From IMG/VR virus record IMGVR_UViG_3300048089_000093, positions 21,241-85,240 of that record: DNA of 64,000 bases, one strand, 5' to 3'. Below, piece after piece: positions 46,665-55,935 of the stretch (the stretch's first letter is position 1; each line of letters begins with the position of its first letter). The notes below the pieces were generated by a model that was given only the letters and a program-made list of their open reading frames with translations, made no database searches and had not been told where the DNA came from. The stretch comes from a virus (taxonomy: Duplodnaviria; Caudoviricetes). Made by a program: the position numbers and the translations under genes.

Positions 46665-47018
46665 TTAGGCACGCACCCAATACGTCGCGCCGTCGTAGTC
46701 GACCCGCTTGTAGTCCTGCTTCAGCGCGTCAGCCGCCTTGGTCCAGTCGATGCAGTCATACGGCCAGCCGCTGGTCGGACCCATGTCGCCCGCATAATCC
46801 TCTGCCCACTCCAGAAAGTGGTCGTCACGAATCAGGTGCCAGTCCGCGCGGCGGCCCGTTGCACTGTCGGCTTCTTCGAGCACGCCGCGCAGATTCGTCA
46901 GCTCGTCCATGTCGTCGAAGTCTGCGGGGTTCTCTTTCAGCTCGCCAGCGTAGTAGGCGATTGCCATGAGTACTTCGGCGCGCGTGATCGTGTTGTTCTG
47001 GTTCGTTACGTCAGCCAT
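46665..47018 (-). CDS. Acidic ArdA-like (C-terminal domain) protein
   Basis: LIRD..F.E.AED.......WP..CIDW..AA..L..DY..VD.DG.TYW, resembling the ArdA C-terminal domain. Confidence 0.55.
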   Translation of the reverse strand: MADVTNQNNTITRAEVLMAIAYYAGELKENPADFDDMDELTNLRGVLEEADSATGRRADWHLIRDDHFLEWAEDYAGDMGPTSGWPYDCIDWTKAADALKQDYKRVDYDGATYWVRA

Positions 47019-47049
47019 GTTGCTCTCCTTCGGAAATTTCCGATTGTGA

Positions 47050-47445
47050 TTACTGCTCGCCCTTGTTGTTCTGAGTCGTCCGCTTCATCGCAGGCTTCTC
47101 ATCCGTTTTGATCAGGTAGTCGTCGCGATTACCGACGATCCAGCCCGGTTGATGCCCCCGGCCACTCCACGTCTTGCCTGTGTTCGGGTCCACATACTTC
47201 GGTGGGCTCACGCTCTTGGGCTTCTTCACCGCGAACGTCTTGTCGCTCTGCTTGATCTTCTTCGCGGGCACCTGCTGTGCTTTCACGAAGCCGAGGTCGA
47301 CGGTGGTCAACTCGAACTCCTCGATCAGCGCTTTGCATGTAGCGATTGCGTCTTTCGCAGCGTGGCGCTTTGCGATCTCGATTTCCGCGTCGATCTTTTT
47401 ACGCCGCGCGAGTAGTTCGCGGTAGTGGTCTTTCTGCTTGGTCAC
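47050..47445 (-). CDS. hns: H-NS family nucleoid-associated protein
   Basis: Y.ELL.....I..EIE.A oligomerisation helix; PPKY.DP.TGKTWSGRG..P.W DNA-binding motif. Confidence 0.92.
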   Translation of the reverse strand: MTKQKDHYRELLARRKKIDAEIEIAKRHAAKDAIATCKALIEEFELTTVDLGFVKAQQVPAKKIKQSDKTFAVKKPKSVSPPKYVDPNTGKTWSGRGHQPGWIVGNRDDYLIKTDEKPAMKRTTQNNKGEQ

Positions 47446-48086
47446 ACCAATCCTCCATTAAGGCGTTTGCGCAGCCACTTCTTCAGGTCGGTGCCGCTGC
47501 GCAGGGTGATTTCAATTTCAGGTATCTCGAAGTGCGCCGCGCCACCCCAAAATTCGTCGGGCTTCGTGCCGACCATTAGCGCCTTGCTCTGCGTCTGGTC
47601 GTAGTAGCCGTAAGCAACGAACGCATGGACGATGCGATGCCGCAACTCTCTACGGCTGAATTTCTCGTCTTGCCAGCCGCACGCTGCGAACGCGTTGCGC
47701 ACTCGCGTGTCGCCGAGCTTCTCGTCGACGTTGACGGTCAGTTCCTCGATCCAGAACAGGTTGTCGGGGCCGCCCGCGTCGCTGCAGGGCGTGACGCGCC
47801 ACGCGTCCACGTAGTTCGGCCAGTTGTCGAGGTTGTAGAAGTAGCCGCCGTTCTCGATGCTCATGTCGCCGCTATAGAACCAGCGCGGCTTTTTGCGGCC
47901 CTTGCTGATATAGGACATGTAGCGGCGAACCTCGGGGTCGAGTCTCATCTTCTCGACGCGCTCGCGGTGACGCTTGAACACGCCCTCGTTGTGCGCTGCC
48001 GACGAAGTTACCGTCTTGCGCGCGTCGTATTCGCCTGTGTCGACGTACAGACCTTTCTCGATGCTGTACTTCAGCTTGTTAGGCAT
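47442..48086 (-). CDS. Hypothetical protein (palindrome-associated)
   Basis: Palindrome+AGGAG upstream; 214 aa. Confidence 0.72.
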   Translation of the reverse strand: MPNKLKYSIEKGLYVDTGEYDARKTVTSSAAHNEGVFKRHRERVEKMRLDPEVRRYMSYISKGRKKPRWFYSGDMSIENGGYFYNLDNWPNYVDAWRVTPCSDAGGPDNLFWIEELTVNVDEKLGDTRVRNAFAACGWQDEKFSRRELRHRIVHAFVAYGYYDQTQSKALMVGTKPDEFWGGAAHFEIPEIEITLRSGTDLKKWLRKRLNGGLV

Positions 48087-48122
48087 TTGAGTCTCCTTCG
48101 GAAATTTCCGATTGTTCGCGGC

Positions 48123-48377
48123 TCAGACTTCGAGTTGCGGGTTGTCACGCACGTACGCAGCGATGTCGCCTTTGTTGCCGCCGGTGTCGTCCATTGCGAG
48201 GTACATCATCACGCGCTGCGCCTTGTCGAGCAGCTGCTCGGCGAACGCCTTGCCTTCACCTTCATCGAACACCTGGAAGCCGTGGTTGCCTTCCTTGTCG
48301 ATCCACTCGACCACGTCGTAGTTGAAGCGCTCGCTGCTGGTGAGGTCGACCTGCAGACCCATCTCAATCGTTGCCAT
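48123..48377 (-). CDS. Hypothetical protein (palindrome-associated)
   Basis: Palindrome+AGGAG upstream; true start lies inside the track ORF. Confidence 0.7.
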   Translation of the reverse strand: MATIEMGLQVDLTSSERFNYDVVEWIDKEGNHGFQVFDEGEGKAFAEQLLDKAQRVMMYLAMDDTGGNKGDIAAYVRDNPQLEV

Positions 48378-48493
48378 CATTTTCTCCTTCGGAAATTTCC
48401 GATAATTCTCACACCATGCGCAGGCACATGGCCGCTCCAGCGGTCTGCACTTTGCGCAATGGCACTCTCCTACGTGTGTACCGTCATGGCCGC

Positions 48494-48763
48494 TCATTGC
48501 ATCAACTTCCAAACGCTGCCGATTAGCGAGATCGCATCCGCCTGGCTGTGTCCGTTGCGCAGCAGCGCATCGGCGTGCGGCCGCACTGCATCGCGCATCT
48601 GCTTCTGCATCTCGGGCGTCATAGGCTGGCCCTTGAAGGGTTGAAGGACGCGTGCTGTTTCCATCATCAGGTACGCGTCAGTGTTCTGGATTGGTTGTGG
48701 CACGTCAGTCTCTCCCGTCAAGCCATTCGATTTCACACACGGCCACGGCGTCGAGAGAGACAA
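48494..48763 (-). CDS. Hypothetical protein
   Basis: Track ORF; start uncertain. Confidence 0.4.
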   Translation of the reverse strand: MSLSTPWPCVKSNGLTGETDVPQPIQNTDAYLMMETARVLQPFKGQPMTPEMQKQMRDAVRPHADALLRNGHSQADAISLIGSVWKLMQ

Positions 48764-49004
48764 AGATCACGCGCTCGATATCTTCCGGCTCCCACAGCCG
48801 CATCATGAAGCCGCCCACGATACGGACGGACGTCGATACGTCCTGCCCTGTTGCAGTCGGTGCGCGCGGCGGCGCTACCGTGCCGCGGTACTTCCGCCCG
48901 TTGATCTCGAACTTCAGCAGGAACGCACGGTCGACGTTCTGCCTCACCTCGGTCTCGTATAGCGCTGCCATGACTGCGCTCATGACTTTCTCCACTTTGC
49001 GCAC
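48705..49004 (-). CDS. Hypothetical protein
   Basis: Typical codon use; start uncertain. Confidence 0.5.
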   Translation of the reverse strand: MRKVEKVMSAVMAALYETEVRQNVDRAFLLKFEINGRKYRGTVAPPRAPTATGQDVSTSVRIVGGFMMRLWEPEDIERVIFVSLDAVAVCEIEWLDGRD

Positions 49005-49648
49005 TCTTTCCAGATCTCGCGATCGAGCGGCGTTGCTTCGTAGAGGCTGTCACAGACGAACGTCGAGCCGCCCATGCACTGATCGCCGTGCCAGCCACTT
49101 GCGTGGCTGCTCGCCAGCCTCACGAGTGCCGTTGAGCCGTTGCCATAGCGCACGAGTAAGCCCGCATGTAGATCGTCTTTGAACAGGCGCTTTCCGAACG
49201 CGCCGAACGTCGTTTCGTTGTAGCGCTGCGTCGCGGTCTTCGGCTTAACTTCCGACATGGTCTCCTTCCACGCAGCGAAGCCGATGTATGCCGTCTTGTC
49301 CTTCTCGCATTGCAGCTTGTACGTCACGTAGCGTTCGAACAGCGCGGCGTTCGCGATCTGGTCCTCAGCCTGCTCGTGTGCGTCGACCGCACGGAACACA
49401 CCCGTCACGTGCTCGTCCTCGATCTGCTCGTAGATCCGGTTCGGCACCTCGCTTGCCGCTGCCGCGAGATCCTTGATGTACTGGAAGACCTCGTCACTCG
49501 CCTCGTCGCTCATCTCCTTGCCGTCGAGCATGGCGCGCTCAAGTCGGGTCTGGACTTCCCAGAACTGGACCTGCAGCGACACTGCCTGACGCAGCAGTTC
49601 GAGGACTCGGGCTCGACGCGCATTGGCGTCGATCATGTTTGCTGGCAT
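48980..49648 (-). CDS. Hypothetical protein (palindrome-associated)
   Basis: Palindrome+AGGAG upstream. Confidence 0.72.
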   Translation of the reverse strand: MPANMIDANARRARVLELLRQAVSLQVQFWEVQTRLERAMLDGKEMSDEASDEVFQYIKDLAAAASEVPNRIYEQIEDEHVTGVFRAVDAHEQAEDQIANAALFERYVTYKLQCEKDKTAYIGFAAWKETMSEVKPKTATQRYNETTFGAFGKRLFKDDLHAGLLVRYGNGSTALVRLASSHASGWHGDQCMGGSTFVCDSLYEATPLDREIWKECAKWRKS

Positions 49649-49674
49649 GTTGCTCTCCTTCGGAAATTTCCGAT

Positions 49675-49908
49675 TTACGCCTTCATGGACTTTTCGCTAC
49701 TTTTCTTCAGTATGCGCAGGTAGCGGTCGTTCAACGCGATGCAGCGCTTGTCGCGCTTCTTCTTCGCTTTGCGCTCGTCGTCGTCCAGCTCGCTCGGGTG
49801 ATCTACCAGGCTATCGTGCGCCTGATCGAGTTCGCTGTAGAGGGTGTCGAGCTGCTCGTACAGCGCGAGCGGGATGTAGTCGACGCCGTCGATGTTGATT
49901 ATCTTCAT
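49675..49908 (-). CDS. Hypothetical protein (palindrome-associated)
   Basis: Palindrome+AGGAG upstream; stop 1 nt from the next palindrome. Confidence 0.7.
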   Translation of the reverse strand: MKIINIDGVDYIPLALYEQLDTLYSELDQAHDSLVDHPSELDDDERKAKKKRDKRCIALNDRYLRILKKSSEKSMKA

Positions 49909-49934
49909 GTTGCTCTCCTTCGGAAATTTCCGAT

Positions 49935-50264
49935 CTATGCTGCGTTCTTCACACCGCGCAGCGTTATACCACCCACTGTCCCGTCGTAGTGCACGACGTG
50001 AGCGAGGGACCACGCACTTCGGCGGTCGTCGCTCAACTTGCACGCCCACTCGACGGCTTCCTTCACATCGCCGAACGTCGTCTGCCCGTAGACCCCGTCC
50101 TTGGCGTACCGCACCTCCACCTTGGCGGCGCCGTGCTGGATGTTCGTGATGAGGACGCACAGGACACCGCCACGCTTTCGCGCATGCTGCATGAGAATGT
50201 CGAGGCTCTTGCCGACGCCAAGCATGCGGCCGTCGGCGCTGTAGATGAAGGTTTTGCTCTCCAT
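49935..50264 (-). CDS. Hypothetical protein
   Basis: AGGAG SD; stop 1 nt from the next palindrome. Confidence 0.6.
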   Translation of the reverse strand: MESKTFIYSADGRMLGVGKSLDILMQHARKRGGVLCVLITNIQHGAAKVEVRYAKDGVYGQTTFGDVKEAVEWACKLSDDRRSAWSLAHVVHYDGTVGGITLRGVKNAA

Positions 50265-50265
50265 G

Positions 50266-50748
50266 TCAGACTCCTGCGAGTTCGTCGGGCACATCAACCT
50301 CAGCGCCGAACTGTGATGCGACGTAGCAGCGCATCGCTGCGATCCCCGGCGTCGGGCCGATGAAGCGGCAACGGCGCTTGCGGACCTGATACGAGTACTC
50401 GCCATAGCGCTCACCACCGCGCACCGTCATCTCATCCCACCGCGCGATGATGCCGTCGCCGATATCCGAGCTGAGCATCGCGTACCAGTTGCCGGTCTTC
50501 GCATGCCTGCGAAGCGCAATGCCCTCGCGCTCGATGATCTCCATCGTGTGCAGGCGATCGACCGAGGGGCAGAAGCGATGGAAGTACGGTACGGAGCCGG
50601 GGCTGTTCTCGCGCTCGATCCAGAACGGCGTGCCCGGTTCGCGCTGACAGACCTTGATGACGCGGTCTTCCTTCCACTGCTTGTTTAGCGCGGCGGCGAC
50701 CGCCCAGTCGAGTGCTGGGCCGATCAGTTCGTGTGTCTTGATGTTCAT
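50266..50748 (-). CDS. DUF2591-like phage protein
   Basis: KT.EL.G.ALDWAVA, F.PS.D......IIERE.I, GPT..IAAMRC.V.S..G.EV..P. Confidence 0.75.
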   Translation of the reverse strand: MNIKTHELIGPALDWAVAAALNKQWKEDRVIKVCQREPGTPFWIERENSPGSVPYFHRFCPSVDRLHTMEIIEREGIALRRHAKTGNWYAMLSSDIGDGIIARWDEMTVRGGERYGEYSYQVRKRRCRFIGPTPGIAAMRCYVASQFGAEVDVPDELAGV

Positions 50749-50752
50749 CACG

Positions 50753-51154
50753 TCACCCGAACACGATGTCGTTGTACAGACCCGCCTGCACGATCGAGTC
50801 CACCAGCTCGCCGTCGATATCATCCGTCTCGTCGTTGATGATCCCGTACAGCAGCGTGCCGAGACTACCCGCGTTGAGGTTGACCTCGCCGGTGAGCAGC
50901 CGCTTGATACCCTCGCGGATCACCGACCCGTCGATCGTCTGCTGCGCTGCGAACCCCGGAACGGGTTCGTCTTCGACGATGATGCGGATCTCGGTAATGT
51001 GCTCGCCGTCGAACGTCTGGTACTCATCGTTGCTGTCGAGATCCGGATTGCACCAGTACTCGATCGAGCCGCCCTCGCAGGCGGTCTGCATGATGTAGTG
51101 GACGAAGTCGTTGTCGACCTCGCGGTTGAATTGAAACTGGATTGGCATGACCAT
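50753..51154 (-). CDS. Highly acidic hypothetical protein (palindrome-associated)
   Basis: Palindrome+AGGAG upstream; D/E-rich; DID....D.IVQ.GL...I.FG terminus. Confidence 0.72.
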   Translation of the reverse strand: MVMPIQFQFNREVDNDFVHYIMQTACEGGSIEYWCNPDLDSNDEYQTFDGEHITEIRIIVEDEPVPGFAAQQTIDGSVIREGIKRLLTGEVNLNAGSLGTLLYGIINDETDDIDGELVDSIVQAGLYNDIVFG

Positions 51155-51190
51155 GATGTTGCTCCTTCGGAAATTTCCGATTGTGTTGCG

Positions 51191-51478
51191 TTACGCCTTC
51201 TCGATGTAGAAGAACGCCAGCAGCTTCTGGAACCACTCCTCTCTGTCGTGTTCTTTACTGTCACTATTGAACTTGACACCTTCGGGCGTGGTGCCGAAGA
51301 ACCGGCCGTTGACCGTGTTGAACATTACCCGGCCGCTGGAGTTGTCGCCCTTAATCGACGTGATGACCACGTGGTCGGAACCTTCGAGAACCCACTTCGA
51401 CATATCGAGGTGGATGCCAGCCTTTGCACACTGCCTCTCGATCAGTTCGAGCGTCTTGACGCCTGCCCACTTTTTCAT
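51191..51478 (-). CDS. Hypothetical protein (palindrome-associated)
   Basis: Palindrome+AGGAG upstream. Confidence 0.7.
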   Translation of the reverse strand: MKKWAGVKTLELIERQCAKAGIHLDMSKWVLEGSDHVVITSIKGDNSSGRVMFNTVNGRFFGTTPEGVKFNSDSKEHDREEWFQKLLAFFYIEKA

Positions 51479-51505
51479 GGTGTTTCTCCTTCGGAAATTT
51501 CCGAT

Positions 51506-51688
51506 TTAACCTGACTTCACGTGGGCGTTGAGTGCACGCGACGCTTCCTTGTGGCCTTCCAGCCACAGCCAGTTGATGCACGTGACCGTGTCCTTGAAGT
51601 AGCGCAGTTCCTTTTTGTCTTCGTCGGACAGCAGGATGTGCGCGGTGCCCTGCCACGCGTGCCAGTGTTCGAAGGTGAAGGGTTTCAT
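51506..51688 (-). CDS. Hypothetical protein
   Basis: GAGGTGA SD; stop 1 nt from palindrome. Confidence 0.55.
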   Translation of the reverse strand: MKPFTFEHWHAWQGTAHILLSDEDKKELRYFKDTVTCINWLWLEGHKEASRALNAHVKSG

Positions 51689-51864
51689 CCCGTCACCTCG
51701 ATCGAATACGGATACACGAGTTGGTTCGGAGAGCATGCGTGGAGTTGACCTCCACACCCCGGACGGAACCCGCCGCGGCACTTCACGAAAACTGCGCCAT
51801 TGACCTCGAACTGAAACGCCGAGCCTGATTTGAGTTTGGCGAACGTTATGCGCGGGTCGTTCAT
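51685..51864 (-). CDS. Hypothetical protein
   Basis: GGAG SD, coupled. Confidence 0.5.
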   Translation of the reverse strand: MNDPRITFAKLKSGSAFQFEVNGAVFVKCRGGFRPGCGGQLHACSPNQLVYPYSIEVTG

Positions 51865-52079
51865 CACTGCGACTCCAGGTGATGTCGCGTGTCCACCAGC
51901 GCTACCAGATCGAGAAACGACATCTTCGCGACGTCGTCCGTTGTCTTGCGGCGGCACGACTTGATACGGTTGCCGTGGTTGTTCCGTTGGTGGAGTTTTC
52001 TCGCAGTGATCTCGATCGAGTACACCCCGACCATCTGCGCCTCGTACATCGGAGGCACTACTAGTGTGGCTGTGCTCAT
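51864..52079 (-). CDS. Hypothetical protein
   Basis: GGAG SD, coupled. Confidence 0.45.
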   Translation of the reverse strand: MSTATLVVPPMYEAQMVGVYSIEITARKLHQRNNHGNRIKSCRRKTTDDVAKMSFLDLVALVDTRHHLESQ

Positions 52080-52279
52080 GACTGGCTCCCGCGGTATGAG
52101 GTGACAGTCATCGGGCCGAAGCCCGTTGCACGCATGCCACCCGCTGTCATGTTTTCCGGTGCATCGAGCGAGCCGCACATCGAGAAGATATGCAGCGGCT
52201 CGGCACCGCCCAAGGTTTCGCGCCATACTGCTTCATCGCTGAAGCAGGCGCGCACACCGACGCGCTCCTGGCCGGTCAT
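52076..52279 (-). CDS. Hypothetical protein
   Basis: AGGAG SD, ATGA coupling. Confidence 0.4.
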   Translation of the reverse strand: MTGQERVGVRACFSDEAVWRETLGGAEPLHIFSMCGSLDAPENMTAGGMRATGFGPMTVTSYRGSQS

Positions 52280-52572
52280 CGCAGTGCTCCTTCCTTCGTG
52301 TACAGATCCGCTGACAGATCGCCACCGTACAGCGTGTCGTTCTTCGTGTTCCAGCCGGGCGGGCAGCGGTCGCTGCGGTTGCGCATCGAGAGGAACGCCG
52401 CATGCCCGCGGACTTCCGACGCGCTGACTTCCGAGCGCTTTACCAGCGCGTCTGCAAACGTCCCAACGAACTCGTCGTTGTAGTATGTCCTCGACCCCAT
52501 CGCAATAGCGACGGAGCCGATCTCCTGCTTGGCAGGGTAAAGCGTGATGCGGAAGGTGTAGGTCTTTGCCAT
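52276..52572 (-). CDS. Hypothetical protein (palindrome-associated)
   Basis: Palindrome+AGGAG upstream. Confidence 0.7.
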   Translation of the reverse strand: MAKTYTFRITLYPAKQEIGSVAIAMGSRTYYNDEFVGTFADALVKRSEVSASEVRGHAAFLSMRNRSDRCPPGWNTKNDTLYGGDLSADLYTKEGALR

Positions 52573-52610
52573 GATGCTGCTCCTTCGGAAATTTCCGATT
52601 TGTGCCGCGG

Positions 52611-52901
52611 TTAATCGCCAATGTAAAACGTCGCGAGCTTGTACCCTTTACGGTCGCCCAGCTCGAAAGCGATCGTCACATTCTCGTTGCGCAGAAGCTG
52701 GTTCAGATCCACCTTGTCACGGAACTGACCGGTGCCGATCTTCTGCTTGATGTTGTCGCGCAGATCGCCGCCGTTCGCCTGCCTGTTTAGGTAGTCGAAC
52801 CTCGCGCGAGGACTGAGGTTGAGCATGCCGACAATCGAGCCCCCATTGCCGTTGTAGAAGGCATCGCTCAGGTTCTTAAGCGTGTAGGTTACTTTGATCA
52901 C
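52611..52901 (-). CDS. Hypothetical protein (palindrome-associated)
   Basis: Palindrome+AGGAG upstream; GTG start. Confidence 0.7.
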   Translation of the reverse strand: MIKVTYTLKNLSDAFYNGNGGSIVGMLNLSPRARFDYLNRQANGGDLRDNIKQKIGTGQFRDKVDLNQLLRNENVTIAFELGDRKGYKLATFYIGD

Positions 52902-52927
52902 ACTGCGCTCCTTCGGAAATTTCCGAT

Positions 52928-53686
52928 TTAATGCTGTTCGTCAATCGTGCCGTTGATGCGCAACGTCGCGGCGATCTCCAGCTCATCGCCCGGTTCCTCG
53001 CGGCACACGTCCTCCGCTTCCTGAGCGTCTTTCGCCCACAGCGCGCGACTCCAGCGCGACGTGTCGTCACCGTACAGGCCGAACACGTGATAGAACTGCA
53101 CGCGCACGAGCTGCCCTTCTTCGAACGTCACCGCTGAGTCGAGATTGACGCGTTCGATCACGCCGTCCTCGATAACGCAGGCGCGGCACTCATACTTCCA
53201 GCCGTCGCCCCGCACCTCATTAACGACCTCGAACAGATGCTCCGACCACACACTGGTCGAGCGCACGTGGTCACCTTCGCGGAACTGCGCGCAGCGTTCC
53301 AGCGAGCTAGTGTCGACCGGGTACGTGCTGTCGTTAGTGCCGCCGGTATGCTTCACGCGGCGCATATCCGGATGCCCTGTGACGTAGCTGACGACTTCAA
53401 CTTCTCTGTGGCTCAGGTAGCCGCCGAACTTATGCACGGCTATCGTGCCCACCGGGAACTGATCCACCGCCTTGACGCCTGCGAGGATATCCGTGATGAG
53501 CACGCGCTCCACTTCTTCGTTGCTGCCGACCAGCACGCGCTCGGCGTGCACATCAATTTTCTTCATGTCGAGTGTCATTTGCTGGACTGAGCCGCAATCC
53601 ATCTTCATGTACACGAGCGCGGATCGCTGTCCGTCGCTGAGGACGAGGCGGCACATGTCACTGATGGCGAGTTCGTTGAAACGCAT
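52928..53686 (-). CDS. Hypothetical protein (palindrome-associated)
   Basis: Palindrome+AGGGAG upstream; stop 1 nt from the next palindrome. Confidence 0.7.
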   Translation of the reverse strand: MRFNELAISDMCRLVLSDGQRSALVYMKMDCGSVQQMTLDMKKIDVHAERVLVGSNEEVERVLITDILAGVKAVDQFPVGTIAVHKFGGYLSHREVEVVSYVTGHPDMRRVKHTGGTNDSTYPVDTSSLERCAQFREGDHVRSTSVWSEHLFEVVNEVRGDGWKYECRACVIEDGVIERVNLDSAVTFEEGQLVRVQFYHVFGLYGDDTSRWSRALWAKDAQEAEDVCREEPGDELEIAATLRINGTIDEQH

Positions 53687-53726
53687 GGTGATACTCCCTT
53701 CGGAAATTTCCGATATGTGCTTCGAT

Positions 53727-54350
53727 TTACCAGTACTGGATGACCGCGCCACCCAGGTCGTTACTGCGAATCTCGTTCAGCGCGAACTGCTCGACCTCGA
53801 CGATCGTTCTGTCAGGCCACGTCGTCTCGCGGCTGTAGTCCAGACCCTCCTTCGTCTTGAAGATGATCTGCCAGCGCGCGTTCGGCCAGTTCGGATCGGT
53901 GAGCCGCGATTCGTCGTAATCACGCACGACGTTGTTCTCCAGCACGTCACAGAAGTGCATCGCCGCGCGCGGCTCGATGTGGTCGTGCAGATCCCAGCCG
54001 TTCGGGTACGTCGCGAGCAGGTCCGGATGCGGCGGCAGCGACACGCCGAATACTTCGATGCGGCCGTCGGGCAACACACCCGTACGAACGTCGGGCTTGA
54101 AGCTGCGCACGCCCTCGGGGCCGTTGCGCCTGGCGATCTTCTCGATGAACTGCTGCATCTGCGCGGTTTTTGCCTGCGCGTAGCGATCAGCGAGCTTTTG
54201 CAGCCGCTCGTCGCTGCCGCTCCACCGGCAGCGCTTGAGTGCTGCCACCAGCTCCGCCAGCGACTCGTCGTCCATACTGCCGTAGTTGGCGGCGATCGCT
54301 TTCTGTGCAGCGGCGATGAGTTGGTCGCGGGGGTCGATGTACTTGTCCAT
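53727..54350 (-). CDS. Hypothetical protein (palindrome-associated)
   Basis: Palindrome+AGGAG upstream. Confidence 0.72.
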   Translation of the reverse strand: MDKYIDPRDQLIAAAQKAIAANYGSMDDESLAELVAALKRCRWSGSDERLQKLADRYAQAKTAQMQQFIEKIARRNGPEGVRSFKPDVRTGVLPDGRIEVFGVSLPPHPDLLATYPNGWDLHDHIEPRAAMHFCDVLENNVVRDYDESRLTDPNWPNARWQIIFKTKEGLDYSRETTWPDRTIVEVEQFALNEIRSNDLGGAVIQYW

Positions 54351-54387
54351 GTCTCTCTCCTTCGGAAATTTCCGAAAAGTGTTGCTG

Positions 54388-54660
54388 TTATTTCAGGTAG
54401 TGCTGGATCAGGCCGAGCGCGAGCACGACGCTGAAGCCGACGACGTACAGCTTGTTGCTCAGCCGCGTTTCCATGTTGTCGACGTGCACACGGAGCACGG
54501 CAATCTCGCCCTTGACCTCCGCGATATCCGCCTTGGTCGCGATCGCTTCCATCAACCCTCTGTTAAGCGCGGTCACCAGAATCTCAGCGCCGCGCTCGCT
54601 CATGCCGCCTTCCGCAGCGAGCTGTTTGATGACTTCGTGTGTGTCGTTGAATACGGGCAT
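54388..54660 (-). CDS. DUF1640/CCDC90-like coiled-coil membrane protein
   Basis: F.DTH.....L...G.....AE, ATKAD, C-terminal TM helix. Confidence 0.7.
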   Translation of the reverse strand: MPVFNDTHEVIKQLAAEGGMSERGAEILVTALNRGLMEAIATKADIAEVKGEIAVLRVHVDNMETRLSNKLYVVGFSVVLALGLIQHYLK

Positions 54661-54661
54661 C

Positions 54662-54829
54662 TCAGGCTCCCAGTCTGCTGTCGAGATATTCGAGCAGGTA
54701 CTTCGCATAGGACACGAGCAGGTCGTGCCCCTCGAACTGAAACACTTCCTTGCCGGCCGCGAGCGCTGCGTTGTATGCCTTGCGCAGCTGGTCGCGCTTG
54801 GCGCGGTCCCATGTTATTTCGCCTGCCAC
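54662..54829 (-). CDS. Small hypothetical protein not in the ORF track (55 aa)
   Basis: GGAG SD + GTG; MAGEITWDRAKRDQLRKAYNAALAAGKEVFQFEGHDLLVSYAKYLLEYLDSRLGA fills the gap exactly. Confidence 0.6.
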   Translation of the reverse strand: MAGEITWDRAKRDQLRKAYNAALAAGKEVFQFEGHDLLVSYAKYLLEYLDSRLGA

Positions 54830-54830
54830 G

Positions 54831-55136
54831 TTACTCTCCTGATTCGTCTTTCGGCCACTCGAACACGGTGCACATGTCGTCGACGAACAGCATGGCGCGA
54901 GCGTGCGAGTCGTTGAGTACTTTCGTTTCGTTGACGTGCTGCGCAGCGAGATCGAACAGGTTGCGCATGTCCGCGCTTGCGTCGTTATCCGGCGTGTACA
55001 GGACCGTGTTCGTGCTGAATCCCGTCAGGTCGATCACCGACTCGAACACGTTCGACAGCGCCTCCAGATTGGACGATACAACCTGCTCGGGCAGGCCGTC
55101 GGGGAAGTCCATTTCGATGAACATCATTCGTTTCAT
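54831..55136 (-). CDS. Hypothetical protein (palindrome-associated)
   Basis: Palindrome+AGGAG upstream. Confidence 0.7.
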   Translation of the reverse strand: MKRMMFIEMDFPDGLPEQVVSSNLEALSNVFESVIDLTGFSTNTVLYTPDNDASADMRNLFDLAAQHVNETKVLNDSHARAMLFVDDMCTVFEWPKDESGE

Positions 55137-55505
55137 TTAAAGCTCCTTCGGAAATTTCCGATTAAACGACTTCTGGTACGAACGGACCCGCCCACGCAGG
55201 TAGAAAAACGCCTCGCTGCGCCACGGCTCATCCCCGTTCGAGTTCTCGGTGAACCACCACAGCGCGTCCACCAGCTCCATGCCGTCGAGGAGTTTCTTGA
55301 CGTCCTCGAAGTCGAGCGCCGCGAACTCTTTCGCGTAACGTTCAACAGCTATCACGAGCGCGCGCTTGAAGTCGCCCTCATCAAACAGAGAACTCTGGAC
55401 CATCTCACAGCGCAGCCCCTGAACTGTGCGCTTCTCAGGGTTCGTCGACAGTGCGTTCAGGGAGTGCTGCGCGTAGGCCGGCAGCTGCTCGAATTTGATT
55501 TTCAC
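55137..55505 (-). CDS. Hypothetical protein (palindrome-associated)
   Basis: Palindrome+AGGAG upstream; GTG start; C-terminus reads through the next palindrome (NRKFPKEL). Confidence 0.65.
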   Translation of the reverse strand: MKIKFEQLPAYAQHSLNALSTNPEKRTVQGLRCEMVQSSLFDEGDFKRALVIAVERYAKEFAALDFEDVKKLLDGMELVDALWWFTENSNGDEPWRSEAFFYLRGRVRSYQKSFNRKFPKEL

Positions 55506-55542
55506 TTCTACTCTCCTTCGGAAATTTCCGAAACGCGCTGCG

Positions 55543-55935
55543 TTAATCAACCTTGTCGATGCCCTGCTGCACGGCATAACCGATCAGGTGCTCCCACTTG
55601 AACGAGTAGCGCTTGCCGCTCGTCTTGCTCTCGATCACCGGGTTGCCCGAGAGGTTCGTGGCGAGGCCGTACTGATGCGCATCGCTGCCCGCCTCGCCCA
55701 CGTGCACGGTCATGATCATCGACTTCTTCGGGATCATGGTGCCCATCTGCGCAGGCTCGCGCTCGAAGTGCGCTTCGATATCGGCGATGCGGTTGCGCAT
55801 TGTCTCGCGGTCCTCGTCGGTGTACTCGTGATACTCACCGCCCTCCATGTTGTCGAGGTCCGCGCGCAACGTGGCGAGCAGCTCGTCACGGATATAGCTT
55901 TCGACTGCTGCGTCGTCTTCAAAGTGTTTGTACAT
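55543..55935 (-). CDS. Hypothetical protein (palindrome-associated)
   Basis: Palindrome+AGGAG upstream. Confidence 0.7.
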   Translation of the reverse strand: MYKHFEDDAAVESYIRDELLATLRADLDNMEGGEYHEYTDEDRETMRNRIADIEAHFEREPAQMGTMIPKKSMIMTVHVGEAGSDAHQYGLATNLSGNPVIESKTSGKRYSFKWEHLIGYAVQQGIDKVD

